Source: an uncultured Candidatus Saccharibacteria bacterium (lineage in GTDB: Bacteria; Patescibacteriota; Minisyncoccia; Phycocordibacterales; JACOZG01). From it: a stretch of 64,000 nt of DNA. The notes beneath the pieces were generated by a model, which saw only the letters and a program-made list of their open reading frames with translations, searched no databases and was not told where the DNA came from. The stretch is from contig CAZYLF010000002.1 in NCBI GenBank assembly GCA_964648765.1, positions 144,684-208,683 of the forward strand, given 5' to 3'. The number at the start of each line of letters is the position of its first letter. Position 1 is the first letter of the stretch. Below are positions 19,401 to 26,925 of the stretch, piece by piece. The position numbers were made by a program, and so were the translations under genes.

Positions 19401-22384
19401 AGGACGAATGTGCCAGCCATGTTACGGAATGACCAGTGGTTGTCGGTTGCTCCAGCGGTGAGTGTGAGTTGGGGAGCGGTTGAGGAAGCGAGTTGCAGTG
19501 TCCAACGAGGAGTAGAAGTGCCGATACCAAATGTGCCCATGCCGGTGTTGATGGAAGCCATACTGGCTGAACCTAAAGTGGTGGCGGTGGAATAGTAGGC
19601 AAGAGTGTTGGCGGTGCCTTCAGTGCCACCGATACCGGAACCGGCCACGACTCGTTTAACTGAGAAGGTGAAGTTGGCGAGTGACCCCCCGCTTGAAGCT
19701 GGATATCTGGCTTGGACTCTGACGTAATCGCCAGCGGTGAGTGAAGCGTAGACAATGGCAGATGAAATGCCTTTGTCAGTACTAGAATTTTTTGCAGTAA
19801 GTGTACTACCAGGAACAACAGTGGCAGCATTGAGAACAATCTGGAAGGCACTGTCGTTGACACTTGTACCTTGAGCTACGTCAGCATGATAGTGAAGTTC
19901 ATAAAGACCAGTTTGATAAACATAAATTCTTTCAGTGTTAACCGCATCAAAGGCAACGGTATTCGCATCATTTTGAACATCCGTGGTGTCGAGAGTTACG
20001 TCGGCGAAGGAGGCAGTGAGAGTGTATGAAGTTGAGCGACTACGTTGAGTGACAGCAGGATCGAAGCGAGTGGTGGAAATTCCGCCGATGCAGCCTCCAG
20101 CTACAGAGAAGCAACCTTGGACTAGATCAATACTGCCACCAAAAGTTGATGTGGCTGAACCCGTAACGGCTAAATATGTTGTGGTGGCGTTGGTGGAAGT
20201 GCTACGTAGCGTAACAAGATTGGTAATCGTAGAACTTGCAGAATTAATTAAAATTCCATCAGTGGAAGTGAGTGGAGTGAGGTATGCACCTTGATCAGTC
20301 CAGTTAGAAGAACTTGGTGTGGTGGTGGCGATGACTTGGCCAAGTGAGTTGACGGCCAAGATAGTGCCGGCGGGAGTGGCGAGGCCGGTGATTGCAAATC
20401 TAGTGGTCGTCGCATTAGTTGAAGTGGAGTTCACCATCGTCAGGTTAGTAATTGTTGAAGTGGAATTGTTGACGAGAATGCCGCCGGTGATAGTGGCGAG
20501 GCCGGAACCAGCAATGGTGGTGAAGGAAGCGGCACCGGCAGTGAGAGCGTCAGCTCCGATGTCGATGGAGCCGAAACCGTTGGTGATAGAACCGCCGTTG
20601 AGAATACCAACTGAAGTGAGTGATGAAGAGACAACAGCAGAACCAAGTGCTGTGGCTGAAAGAGTGTTGACTCCATTGATGTTGAGAGCGAGGCCAGAAG
20701 CTAAATTGAGATTGCCACTGACGTATTGATTAGTCGTCGTGGCATTTGTTGTCGTCGAGTTAGAGGTTGAAAGATTAGCAATCGTGGAACTGCCAGAGAG
20801 AATGATGCCATCTGTGGAAGTGAGTGGTGTTAAGTAAAGGCCGGCGTCAGTCCAGTTAGATGAACTTGGCGTACTCGTGGCAATCACTCGGCCGGTGGCA
20901 TCAACGGCGAGGAAGGTGCCAGCAGCGGTGCCAAGTGAAGTGATGGCCAATCTGGTAGTGGTGGCGTTGGTGGAAGTTGAGTTCACCATCGTTAAGTTGG
21001 TGATGGTGGAAGTGGAATTGTTGATCATAATGCTTCCGAAGCCGGCAGCGAGTGAGCCAGAAGAGAGAGCGCCAACGGAAGTGAGTGATGAAGCTGTAAC
21101 AGTAGAGCCCAAGGCTGTAGCTGACAAAATATTGGCATTATTGATTAGGAAGACACCATTGGTGGGAAGATTAAGGTTACCGGTAGTTAATGTGATACCA
21201 CCAGAAAAAGTGGAAGTGGCAGAATCTCCCGTAATGGTTGTTGTGGCTGTGCCGCCGATGTAGAGACGGTCGACGATGGATTGACGAGTAGAAGAAGCTT
21301 GACCAAGAGAGAGGAGATTATTAAAAGTCCAAGCGCCTGTGACGGTCTCATTTTGCCCCTTACGAGTAATGCCAGAATTTGTGTAGTCGATAGAGATGTC
21401 ACCTTCACCAGTGGCCCCCGTAACATCAAAGTCAGCACCGAGGAAGTCTATGGCCGTAGCAGAGGTAGTGACATCCGAATCGTTTTCTTGAATCACCACA
21501 ATTCCCCCGCCGGCCCCACTGTCATCAGTGCCACAGATCAAATGACCTGATGCGTCAGTTTGCAACAAACCAGAAACTCCAGAACAATTTAAATTTGCAA
21601 TTCTTATCCCAGCAGAATTTACTAAAATCCCCCCACCAAAAGTTGAAGTAGCCGTGCCGCTCACGTACAGATTGGTCGTCGTCGCATTCGTGGTGGTTGA
21701 ATTTAGCATCGTCAAATTATTAATCGTGGAACTACCAGTAAGTAAAATGCCATCCGTGGTGGTAAGTGGAGTTAAGTAAGAACCTTGATCAGCCCAATTT
21801 GAAGTGCTTGGCGTGGTGGTAGCAATCACTTGACCATTTTGGTTAACAGCGAGGAAGGTGCCCGCCGGAGTGGCGAGGCCGGTGATGGCAAGATTGGTAG
21901 TGGTGGCGTTGGTAGAGGTAGCATTAACAGCATCCAATGCATAAGCTACAAAGGCCGATGGCACACTACCTATTTCTTTACGTGGCGTCATCTCACCGTC
22001 ACCTCCGACATTTACACCAAGATAAAGCGTTTGGCTAAAGTTTACATTTGCCAAACTAGAAACATTACCAAGCAAAACACTGAAGAGTCCGTCGGTGACC
22101 GTTACAGCATTAGCGCCAGATAAAGTTTCCGTCCAGATTGATGAGCCACCCGATGCTTGAGTGTAAAGATTAAAGACTATGTTATAACTGCCGTCAGTTA
22201 CAGCCACACCACTTGAGTCGGTAAGTTTACCTTGGTAATTAATTTTTTGATTTATTACCGCTTCAGCTTGAGTAGGAAGAAGCGAGAAGAAAATTAATAC
22301 CAACAAACACGCCTCCACAGTTTTGAGAGCGAGTTTTCTGAAGCTGTTTTTAGTTCGCTTTAGGCTAACAAAAGCATGCTTCAT
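13460..22384 (-). CDS. Giant (2974 aa) secreted surface protein. It has N-terminal about 184-aa tail-fibre-like repeats rich in N-x-S/T, central LVIVD beta-propeller repeats, and a C-terminal Pro/Thr-rich acidic tail.
   Basis: It has a signal peptide. The repeat (GRYAYV...L.V.D.SNPT.P..VG) matches the LVIVD repeat family. The Thr/Ser/Asn repeats are low-complexity. The PT-rich tail is TTTTTPNIIPNPDPNATTTPP... Confidence 0.8.
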   Translation of the reverse strand: MKHAFVSLKRTKNSFRKLALKTVEACLLVLIFFSLLPTQAEAVINQKINYQGKLTDSSGVAVTDGSYNIVFNLYTQASGGSSIWTETLSGANAVTVTDGLFSVLLGNVSSLANVNFSQTLYLGVNVGGDGEMTPRKEIGSVPSAFVAYALDAVNATSTNATTTNLAITGLATPAGTFLAVNQNGQVIATTTPSTSNWADQGSYLTPLTTTDGILLTGSSTINNLTMLNSTTTNATTTNLYVSGTATSTFGGGILVNSAGIRIANLNCSGVSGLLQTDASGHLICGTDDSGAGGGIVVIQENDSDVTTSATAIDFLGADFDVTGATGEGDISIDYTNSGITRKGQNETVTGAWTFNNLLSLGQASSTRQSIVDRLYIGGTATTTITGDSATSTFSGGITLTTGNLNLPTNGVFLINNANILSATALGSTVTASSLTSVGALSSGSLAAGFGSIMINNSTSTITNLTMVNSTSTNATTTRLAITSLGTAAGTFLAVDATGRVIATSTPSSSNWTDAGLYLTPLTSTDGIILSGSSTIANLSTSNSTTTNATTTNQYVSGNLNLASGLALNINGVNTLSATALGSAVVSSSLTSVGILNGGSITNGFGSIDIGADALTAGAASFTTIAGSGLATITGGILVNNSTSTITNLTMVNSTSTNATTTRFAITGLATPAGTILAVNSLGQVIATTTPSSSNWTDQGAYLTPLTSTDGILINSASSTITNLVTLRSTSTNATTTYLAVTGSATSTFGGSIDLVQGCFSVAGGCIGGISTTRFDPAVTQRSRSTSYTLTASFADVTLDTTDVQNDANTVAFDAVNTERIYVYQTGLYELHYHADVAQGTSVNDSAFQIVLNAATVVPGSTLTAKNSSTDKGISSAIVYASLTAGDYVRVQARYPASSGGSLANFTFSVKRVVAGSGIGGTEGTANTLAYYSTATTLGSASMASINTGMGTFGIGTSTPRWTLQLASSTAPQLTLTAGATDNHWSFRNMAGTFVLGTSSPTTFSTSTTPQIQIAGTGFGTTTLSGLNIAGSATSTSNVGFNLTAGCFAIGGTCIGSGGSSNWTDAGLYLTPLTSTDGIILSGSSTIANLSTSNSTTTNATTTNQYVSGNLNLASGLALNINGVNTLSATALGSAVVSSSLTSVGILNGGSITNGFGSIDIGADALTAGAASFTTIAGSGLATITGGILVNNATSTITNLTMVNSTSTNATTTRLAITSLGTAAGTFLAVDPTGRVIATSTPSSSNWTDAGLYLTPLTSTDGIILSGSSTIANLSTSNSTTTNATTTNQYVSGNLNLASGLALNINGVNTLSATALGSAVVSSSLTSVGILNGGSITNGFGSIDIGADALTAGAASFTTIAGSGLATITGGILVNNSTSTITNLTMVNSTSTSATTTNLAIANLATPAGTFLAVNPNGQVIATTTPAAAAGTLTGSTLAAGVTASSLTSVGTLTSLAVSGLSTLSGGILANSSTSTITNLTMVNSTTTNATTTNLHVSNNLAVELSTTNPGFVVSNTGSSTPAFYIGGVNQNGYIGIGTSTPTEALSLYAGNFLQSPGNPVLVGNATLSTGSFTKTTIVAGRYAYVADEDGSAFKIFSLATSSPAQVGTYSFVGIRGVAVSGRYAYVMSSSALRVIDISNPTSPTLVGSVSLGGAAVDVVVAGRHAYVIDSTADDLKVVDISNPTLPVVAGSVSLGGGGTPVPADLVVSGRYAYVIDSGANDLKTIDITNPTAPTIEDSLTIGGTPADIAISGSYVYVTDVSSTDLKVIDVSNPTAAVTAGSVSIGSVLISAVAVSGRYVYVGADSAGLKVYDVSNPAAPYLTGTLALGATPRSLAVSGRYAYVAGSGSLYTVDLSGIEVTSGIVHSLEAGNIHVRESAFIQNNLSVGSSLNVGTGGIFSSGPLSVSVASSTATNPISAYFQGAIGVASTSPWGQLSIEISTSSPSFVVANTGSTTPAFYIGGTNQNGHIGIGTSAPTEALHVASGSLLHTPGTLKQVGSSSLGGGTPTPTSIAAAGRFVYVMDNGNTTLKIFDTSTSSPSLIGSLSSFGANDKFIAVSGQYVYVGSSGASFQGDTFKIVDVSNPTSPVLVSTLSGLTAVNAIYISGKYAYISQESSLLSVIDISIPTSPILVGTLAMDSEGFIRFFANLVVPKAHAIAYYQGSIYVAGHYAYFTNVSADELEIVDISNPTLPVTVGTVDLGDTDLSITTRIKVAVSGRYAYVMNVGNDDCVSTDSGASFCVVDVSNPASPNDIGYESTGTLGETLTDMVIAGRYAYVVNDSDNELQVIDLIDPTTPTMVAGIAVGSSPVGVAVAGRYAYVVDSTTDDIKKIDISGVEATSGFFHSLQAGDFRVSESADIAQNLRVGNGINIGQGGLFSSGPIAISFNPNNATTSALTVDGNYLFTATTSYRSISIATSTTAEQIGGELRISAGDGSPSECCGGGGDVVINGGFRGNGGLNADGDVILANLWGKVGIGDSSPASLFTVGAGDLFQIGTTGVVLNAVGSVSLPSVSFKSDANTGMWSPAADMVAFSTGGTERWRISNVGATTTVPNAFNAWSIASSTPGNGINSIISVSQSSTGATSTVGFFVATTTGLSTGSGLGLPSALKNYVIVGSGKVQAGIGIVNGGLCVDDDGWCTASTTGRISSVTSTTGGTDVAELYFSDDSLEPGDLVMADTPLYHVARATNASSTPLLGIVATEPGVILGLPPDAAESPNQFPISLSGRVPTKVNDEGGAIQIGDQITISSVPGVGRKAAYNEPSVGVALESYTGSGEGSINVFVNLEYKPEPPVQAQTLLGIESINSILQGNSIANLTVDKLIVTGDAEFKGTVTVKDLVAEKICLGATCIDEDMLKVILEEVNLGQVLPPPPTTTTTPNIIPNPDPNATTTPPVATTTPPIDDIEDDISVDPNATSTDPNPTPTTDPEPLPPEDPTPVPVDPIIVTEPEVIPEVTEEDLSTEVTEPAPEEVPTP
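17850..21400. repeat. Tandem 552-bp DNA repeats (at least 5-6 copies, three of them over 98% identical) inside the giant gene
   Basis: Plus-strand shadow ORFs 18159..18524, 18651..19076 and 20319..20729 translate almost identically. Direct comparison of 18421-18660, 18968-19210 and 20620-20860 shows near-identity. The matched ends are 552 bp apart. Confidence 0.85.
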
Positions 22385-22492
22385 TACGTATTAAATTTCT
22401 CCCACAACTTCTGCGGGATTACCTAAATTTTAACACAAAATCGCCGAGATTATTCGGCAATTTTTGGTAAAGTTGGGGATAAGAATTCTAAA

Positions 22493-23815
22493 TTACTGGG
22501 CGCTAGAATTGATTCTCAAATTTGCGGTTAAACCGCTCCGCAAACGATCATCAGTTTCACTAAATTTAACAGTAATTTTGAAGTAGACCACACCGTCAAT
22601 CACCGTTTCTGCGGGCTCAATATAAGTCACAATTCCTGAGAATTTTTCTTCCGGCAATGCATCAAGATTTATCTCAACACTGTCGCCTAAAGTTACTCTG
22701 CCCACGCTAACTTCAGGCACGTTGGCTTCAATCTGCCAATTGCCAACAGAAAGCACTGAAATTAATTTTTCGTTTACCGTTGCCACCTCACCCGACTTGG
22801 CTTCTTGATAGGTAATTGTGCCGTTAATTGGAGAAAATATTGAGCGATTCCTTATCGCCGTTTCAATCGACGAGACTTTGGCTTGCGCCTCACTCACATT
22901 AGCTTTAGCGCTCGCTAATTCTTCTGGGGTTGCGCCAGCTTTGGCTAAATCTAATTCACGTTTTGCTACTTCTAAAGCTGCCTCGGCATCATTATAGGTT
23001 TCGGTTGTAGTGACTATGTTTGAGATTGCGGTGTTAATAGTTGACCCAGCGGAATAACTCCAAGATTTATAATTATCGATATCATCTTGCGTAACCACGG
23101 AACTGCCAACACTTAGATTATTAATTTCTCTATTAAGAAAATTAAGGAAATTATTAATATCTCGCAAGTAAGTTAGTGCCACCCCTGCGGTAGTTGAAGT
23201 AAGTTCTTTGCGCCAGGTATTTACTAATCGCTCAAGTCTCGTCTGCTCATCGTCAAAATCATTATCACTATCATAAGATTCGTCAGCAATGGGATTGTTG
23301 CTACTTGGATTATCAAAAATTTGTTTGATGTAACGGTTCACCGCATCATTTGCTCTCAAGTAGGCATCGTCAACGTCTGTAGATAACTGATTTTTTGCAT
23401 CGTCAAAAGCTGACTCCGCACTTGCTAGTTTAGACTGATAAACTGAAATTTCTTCAACTCTTTTGCCACGAGAAATCTCAGCAAGATCTGCTAAATATCT
23501 TTCTTCTGAAGCTTTAACTTCACGCAAATTAGCTGCCAACTCTGATGTGTCTAGCGAGGCGAGGAGGTGGCCAGTATTAACCTTATCGCCAATTTTTACA
23601 TAAACATGAGCAATCTTGCCACCTTCAGTAAAAGCCAGATCAGCACTCTCTACCGCTTCAGTTTTACCAGTCACCACCACTTGATTGCCTGACAAAGTTT
23701 TTACTGGCTCTAGATTTTCAACAACAACTTCTTCCTTACCACCAAACATCCAAAACACTCCCAACACAATTGCGAGCAATAGTACTCCGTAAATTATTTT
23801 TTTATTTTTAGACAT
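22493..23815 (-). CDS. HlyD-family periplasmic adaptor / membrane-fusion protein
   Basis: 440 aa. It has an N-terminal TM, a biotin-lipoyl-like motif (VKIGDKVNTGHLLASLD), a long coiled coil and a C-terminal beta-barrel region. It overlaps the secA stop. Confidence 0.65.
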   Translation of the reverse strand: MSKNKKIIYGVLLLAIVLGVFWMFGGKEEVVVENLEPVKTLSGNQVVVTGKTEAVESADLAFTEGGKIAHVYVKIGDKVNTGHLLASLDTSELAANLREVKASEERYLADLAEISRGKRVEEISVYQSKLASAESAFDDAKNQLSTDVDDAYLRANDAVNRYIKQIFDNPSSNNPIADESYDSDNDFDDEQTRLERLVNTWRKELTSTTAGVALTYLRDINNFLNFLNREINNLSVGSSVVTQDDIDNYKSWSYSAGSTINTAISNIVTTTETYNDAEAALEVAKRELDLAKAGATPEELASAKANVSEAQAKVSSIETAIRNRSIFSPINGTITYQEAKSGEVATVNEKLISVLSVGNWQIEANVPEVSVGRVTLGDSVEINLDALPEEKFSGIVTYIEPAETVIDGVVYFKITVKFSETDDRLRSGLTANLRINSSAQ

Positions 23816-23821
23816 TTTATT

Positions 23822-26326
23822 TTAGATTTTATCAGATCCGTGACATTTTTTGTACTTTTTACCACTACCACAAGGACAAGGATCATTTCTGCCCGCTTCT
23901 TGATTTGTTGATTTATTTACCTCTGAAATTAAAGGATTTTGAATTACTATGGGCACCGGCGCCTCTTTTTTAAGTTCAACCCCAATGTTTGGGATAAATT
24001 GCATAAGCTCTTCAGCAATTCTTGATTCCATTTGTTTAAACATCATCAAGCCCTCACGTTTATACTCCACCAAAGGATCGCGTTGGCCATACGCGCGCAA
24101 ACGCACGCTTGAACGTAAGTAATCCATCGACTCCAAATGCTCCACCCAAAACATGTCAATAAACTGGAGCACAGCATTACGGAGTGATGCCCCAAAAACT
24201 TGATCACCTAAAGCCTTCCTTTTTTCCTCCAAAAGATTTTCTTGTTTATCTAATTCCTCGTCGTCAATACCAGCTTCTTCCAATATTCTCATTAAAAATT
24301 CTTCTGCATGAGACCCTGACTCATCTTCTAATACCTCTCTGCGCCTTTGATAAATTGTGAGCCGTTGATGATTAAGCACACTGTCGTAATCAAGCAAATG
24401 TTTCCGAGAATCAAAATGGAGCCCTTCAATTTTAGCTTGAGCGCTCTCAATCGCTTTAGATACAAAACGATTTTGAATTGGCTCATCTTCAGGAATCCCC
24501 AAACGCTTCATCATCCCCTTAATTTTTTCTGGTGCAAACACCCTTGCCAAAGAGTCTTCAAGTGAGATAAAAAATTGAGTCGCCCCCGGATCACCTTGCC
24601 GCCCAGCGCGACCTCGCAACTGGTTATCAATTCGTCTTGCCTCGTGGCGCTCAGTGCCAATTACGTATAAACCGCCCAAATTTTTCACTTCTTCATATTC
24701 TTCTTTACTTGCGTGAACTCCACCGAGTTTAATGTCCACACCACGACCCGCCATGTTGGTAGCCACCACCACACTCCCCCTTTTACCTGCGCCAGCGATA
24801 ATCTCTCCTTCCTCTTCATGATTTTTGGCGTTTAAAATTTTATGCGGAATCCCCTCTTTTTTAAGATAGGCAGAAATAAATTCGTTCTTCTCAATTGAAA
24901 CGGTACCAATTAAAATTGGTTGGCCTTTAGTGTGAACTTCTTTTATCTTTTTCACCAACGCCATGATCTTTCCTTTTTCGGTTTGAAAAATTAAATCTGT
25001 AAGGTCTAGGCGCGTGGTTGGGCGATGAGTAGGCACGGCCACTGTTTCGAGTCCGTAAACTTTTTGGAATTCTTCAGCAGAAGTTAAAGCCGTACCCGTC
25101 ATACCAGCAATCTTTTCATAGAGCTTAAAATAATTCTGGAGGGTCACGCTAGCATAAGTGCGAGATTCTTGCTTAATTGCCACACCCTCTTTGGCCTCAA
25201 TGGCCTGATGTAAACCCTCCGACCAGCGTCTGCCCGGTTGCAAACGCCCCGTAAACTCGTCCACAATGACCACTTCGCCATTTCTGACCACATAATCCTT
25301 CTCTTTTATAAATAGGGCCTTCGCTCTTACTGCCGTCTCAAGATGGTGCACATACTTAATCCCCTTTTCAGTATAAATATTTCCAATTCCCAGCATCTTT
25401 TCCGCCTTACCGATACCATTTTCTGTTAAAGCAATCTCGCGACGCTTTTCGTCAATTTCAAAATCTTCAACCGCGTCAAGTTTAGACGCAATATCCGTAA
25501 ACACTTTATACAAATTACTTGAATCTGCGGTGGGGGCAGAAATAATTAACGGCGTTCGAGCCTCATCCACGAGCACAGAGTCAACCTCGTCGATAATCGC
25601 AAAATGATGCTTTGAACGATTTTTAGAATTCGTTTGAACAATTCTTTTTGGATCAGTAGAGATATTGTCACGGAGATAATCAAAACCAAATTCATTATTC
25701 GTGCCGTAAGTAATATCGGCGGCGTAGGCCTCTGCCCTTGAACACGGTTTTAAAAATTCATAAAACACCTGAAACGATCCACTCTCATCACGCGCTTCAT
25801 CAGTCTCTTTTTTGGCGTGGCTGGGATCATAAAGATATGATATATCGTGATTTATTAACCCGACAGAAAGTCCTAAAAAATTAAAAATTTGTCCCATCCA
25901 CACGCTATCGCGACGTGAGAGATAATCGTTAACCGTTACCACGTGTACTCCGGATCCTGTGAGCGCGTTAAGGTAAGTGGGTAAAGTGGAAACCAGGGAT
26001 TTACCCTCACCGGTTTTCATCTCCGCGATTTTGCCCTGGTGCAACATAATTCCTCCCAAAAGTTGCACATCGTAATGTCTTTCGCCAAGTGTACGTTTTG
26101 CCACTTCACGCACTAAAGCAAAAGCTTGAGGCAAAATATCGTCTAACGTTTTACCGTTTTTTAAATCAGATTTTAACTCATCCGTTTTCTTAGATAAATC
26201 TAAATCGGTGAGATTAACCATCTCTGGTTCAAGAGCATTAATTTGAGCCACCAATGGGTTGGCCGTACGCAATATCCGACTTGAAGAATCGCCAAATATC
26301 TTGCTTAGTATTGACATAGAGACCAA
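23822..26326 (-). CDS. secA: Preprotein translocase ATPase SecA
   Basis: 834 aa. It has DEAD-like motor motifs and the C-terminal zinc-finger CPCGSGKKYKKCHG. Confidence 0.95.
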   Translation of the reverse strand: MVSMSILSKIFGDSSSRILRTANPLVAQINALEPEMVNLTDLDLSKKTDELKSDLKNGKTLDDILPQAFALVREVAKRTLGERHYDVQLLGGIMLHQGKIAEMKTGEGKSLVSTLPTYLNALTGSGVHVVTVNDYLSRRDSVWMGQIFNFLGLSVGLINHDISYLYDPSHAKKETDEARDESGSFQVFYEFLKPCSRAEAYAADITYGTNNEFGFDYLRDNISTDPKRIVQTNSKNRSKHHFAIIDEVDSVLVDEARTPLIISAPTADSSNLYKVFTDIASKLDAVEDFEIDEKRREIALTENGIGKAEKMLGIGNIYTEKGIKYVHHLETAVRAKALFIKEKDYVVRNGEVVIVDEFTGRLQPGRRWSEGLHQAIEAKEGVAIKQESRTYASVTLQNYFKLYEKIAGMTGTALTSAEEFQKVYGLETVAVPTHRPTTRLDLTDLIFQTEKGKIMALVKKIKEVHTKGQPILIGTVSIEKNEFISAYLKKEGIPHKILNAKNHEEEGEIIAGAGKRGSVVVATNMAGRGVDIKLGGVHASKEEYEEVKNLGGLYVIGTERHEARRIDNQLRGRAGRQGDPGATQFFISLEDSLARVFAPEKIKGMMKRLGIPEDEPIQNRFVSKAIESAQAKIEGLHFDSRKHLLDYDSVLNHQRLTIYQRRREVLEDESGSHAEEFLMRILEEAGIDDEELDKQENLLEEKRKALGDQVFGASLRNAVLQFIDMFWVEHLESMDYLRSSVRLRAYGQRDPLVEYKREGLMMFKQMESRIAEELMQFIPNIGVELKKEAPVPIVIQNPLISEVNKSTNQEAGRNDPCPCGSGKKYKKCHGSDKI

Positions 26327-26344
26327 TTCTCACACATTAAACAA

Positions 26345-26393
26345 CAAAAAACAACCTCGTGAGCTAAGTGCTTTTACGAGGTTGTTTTTAAGA
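26345..26393 (-). terminator. Intrinsic terminator (11-bp stem AACAACCUCGU / ACGAGGUUGUU followed by a U-run)
   Basis: The inverted repeat spans about 26348-26388. It lies downstream (in the minus sense) of the tiny Lys-rich ORF and upstream of the secA start. Confidence 0.55.
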
Positions 26394-26396
26394 AAA

Positions 26397-26477
26397 CTAT
26401 CGCTTCTTTTTTCCTCCTTTCTTTTTCTTTGAAGTTTTCTTAGTGCTTTTCTTTGCAGCCTTTTTCTTTTTTGCCAT
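26397..26477 (-). CDS. Possible tiny lysine-rich peptide (26 aa, MAKKKKAAKKSTKKTSKKKKGGKKKR)
   Basis: ATG..TAG ORF below the track cut-off. It is immediately followed by the terminator at 26345-26393. It could also be a purine-rich spacer by chance. Confidence 0.2.
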   Translation of the reverse strand: MAKKKKAAKKSTKKTSKKKKGGKKKR

Positions 26478-26778
26478 TTTAAAATTTATTTTATTTTCTT
26501 AAAAGTAAGATGACGGTGGTCGACCCTCACCCACATCACCGACACATTAATTATCGTTTAAATCAAACTTACATACAATAATTTTTTGTAAAAAAATGTG
26601 GATAACTTTTTTTGTAAAATTATTTTTTATTTTGCTGGAAAAAATAAAATAAAAAAATTCCGCACAGATGTGGTCAGCGAGTGCTAAGCTCCAACACTAA
26701 ATGTCTTAATGTGAGTGCTATCGCTGACCGCAACTAAGCAGAATTTTACAAACCTACAAACTAATATTAGCAAACCCC

Positions 26779-26812
26779 TTAAAAACGTAAAGCCCCGCCG
26801 AAGCGGGGACTT
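26779..26812 (-). terminator. Intrinsic terminator (CCCCGC-UUCG-GCGGGG hairpin, then CUUUACGUUUUU)
   Basis: It lies about 115 nt downstream of the 26926 stop. It either terminates the Wzy_C/TPR gene or ends a short sRNA started by the -35 TTGACA (26911..26906) and -10 TAGGAT (26889..26884). Confidence 0.5.
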
Positions 26813-26925
26813 ACGCAGACATTTATGAAACTTAAGTACTGAAATTAGTGCCCGAAGGCGCTAACCAAAGCACTCACCACCCCATCCTAGCAGAAACAAA
26901 ACAAATGTCAAGCCCCTATTGGGGA

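Noticed and set aside
18159-21263. Plus-strand ORFs of 120-140 aa with almost identical translations (18159..18524, 18651..19076, 20319..20729, 20877..21263 and others across 13.6-21.5 kb)
   Set aside because: They are antisense shadows of the minus-strand giant gene. The repetition simply mirrors the 552-bp tandem repeats. Their compositions are Val/Ala/Pro-rich nonsense typical of antisense frames.
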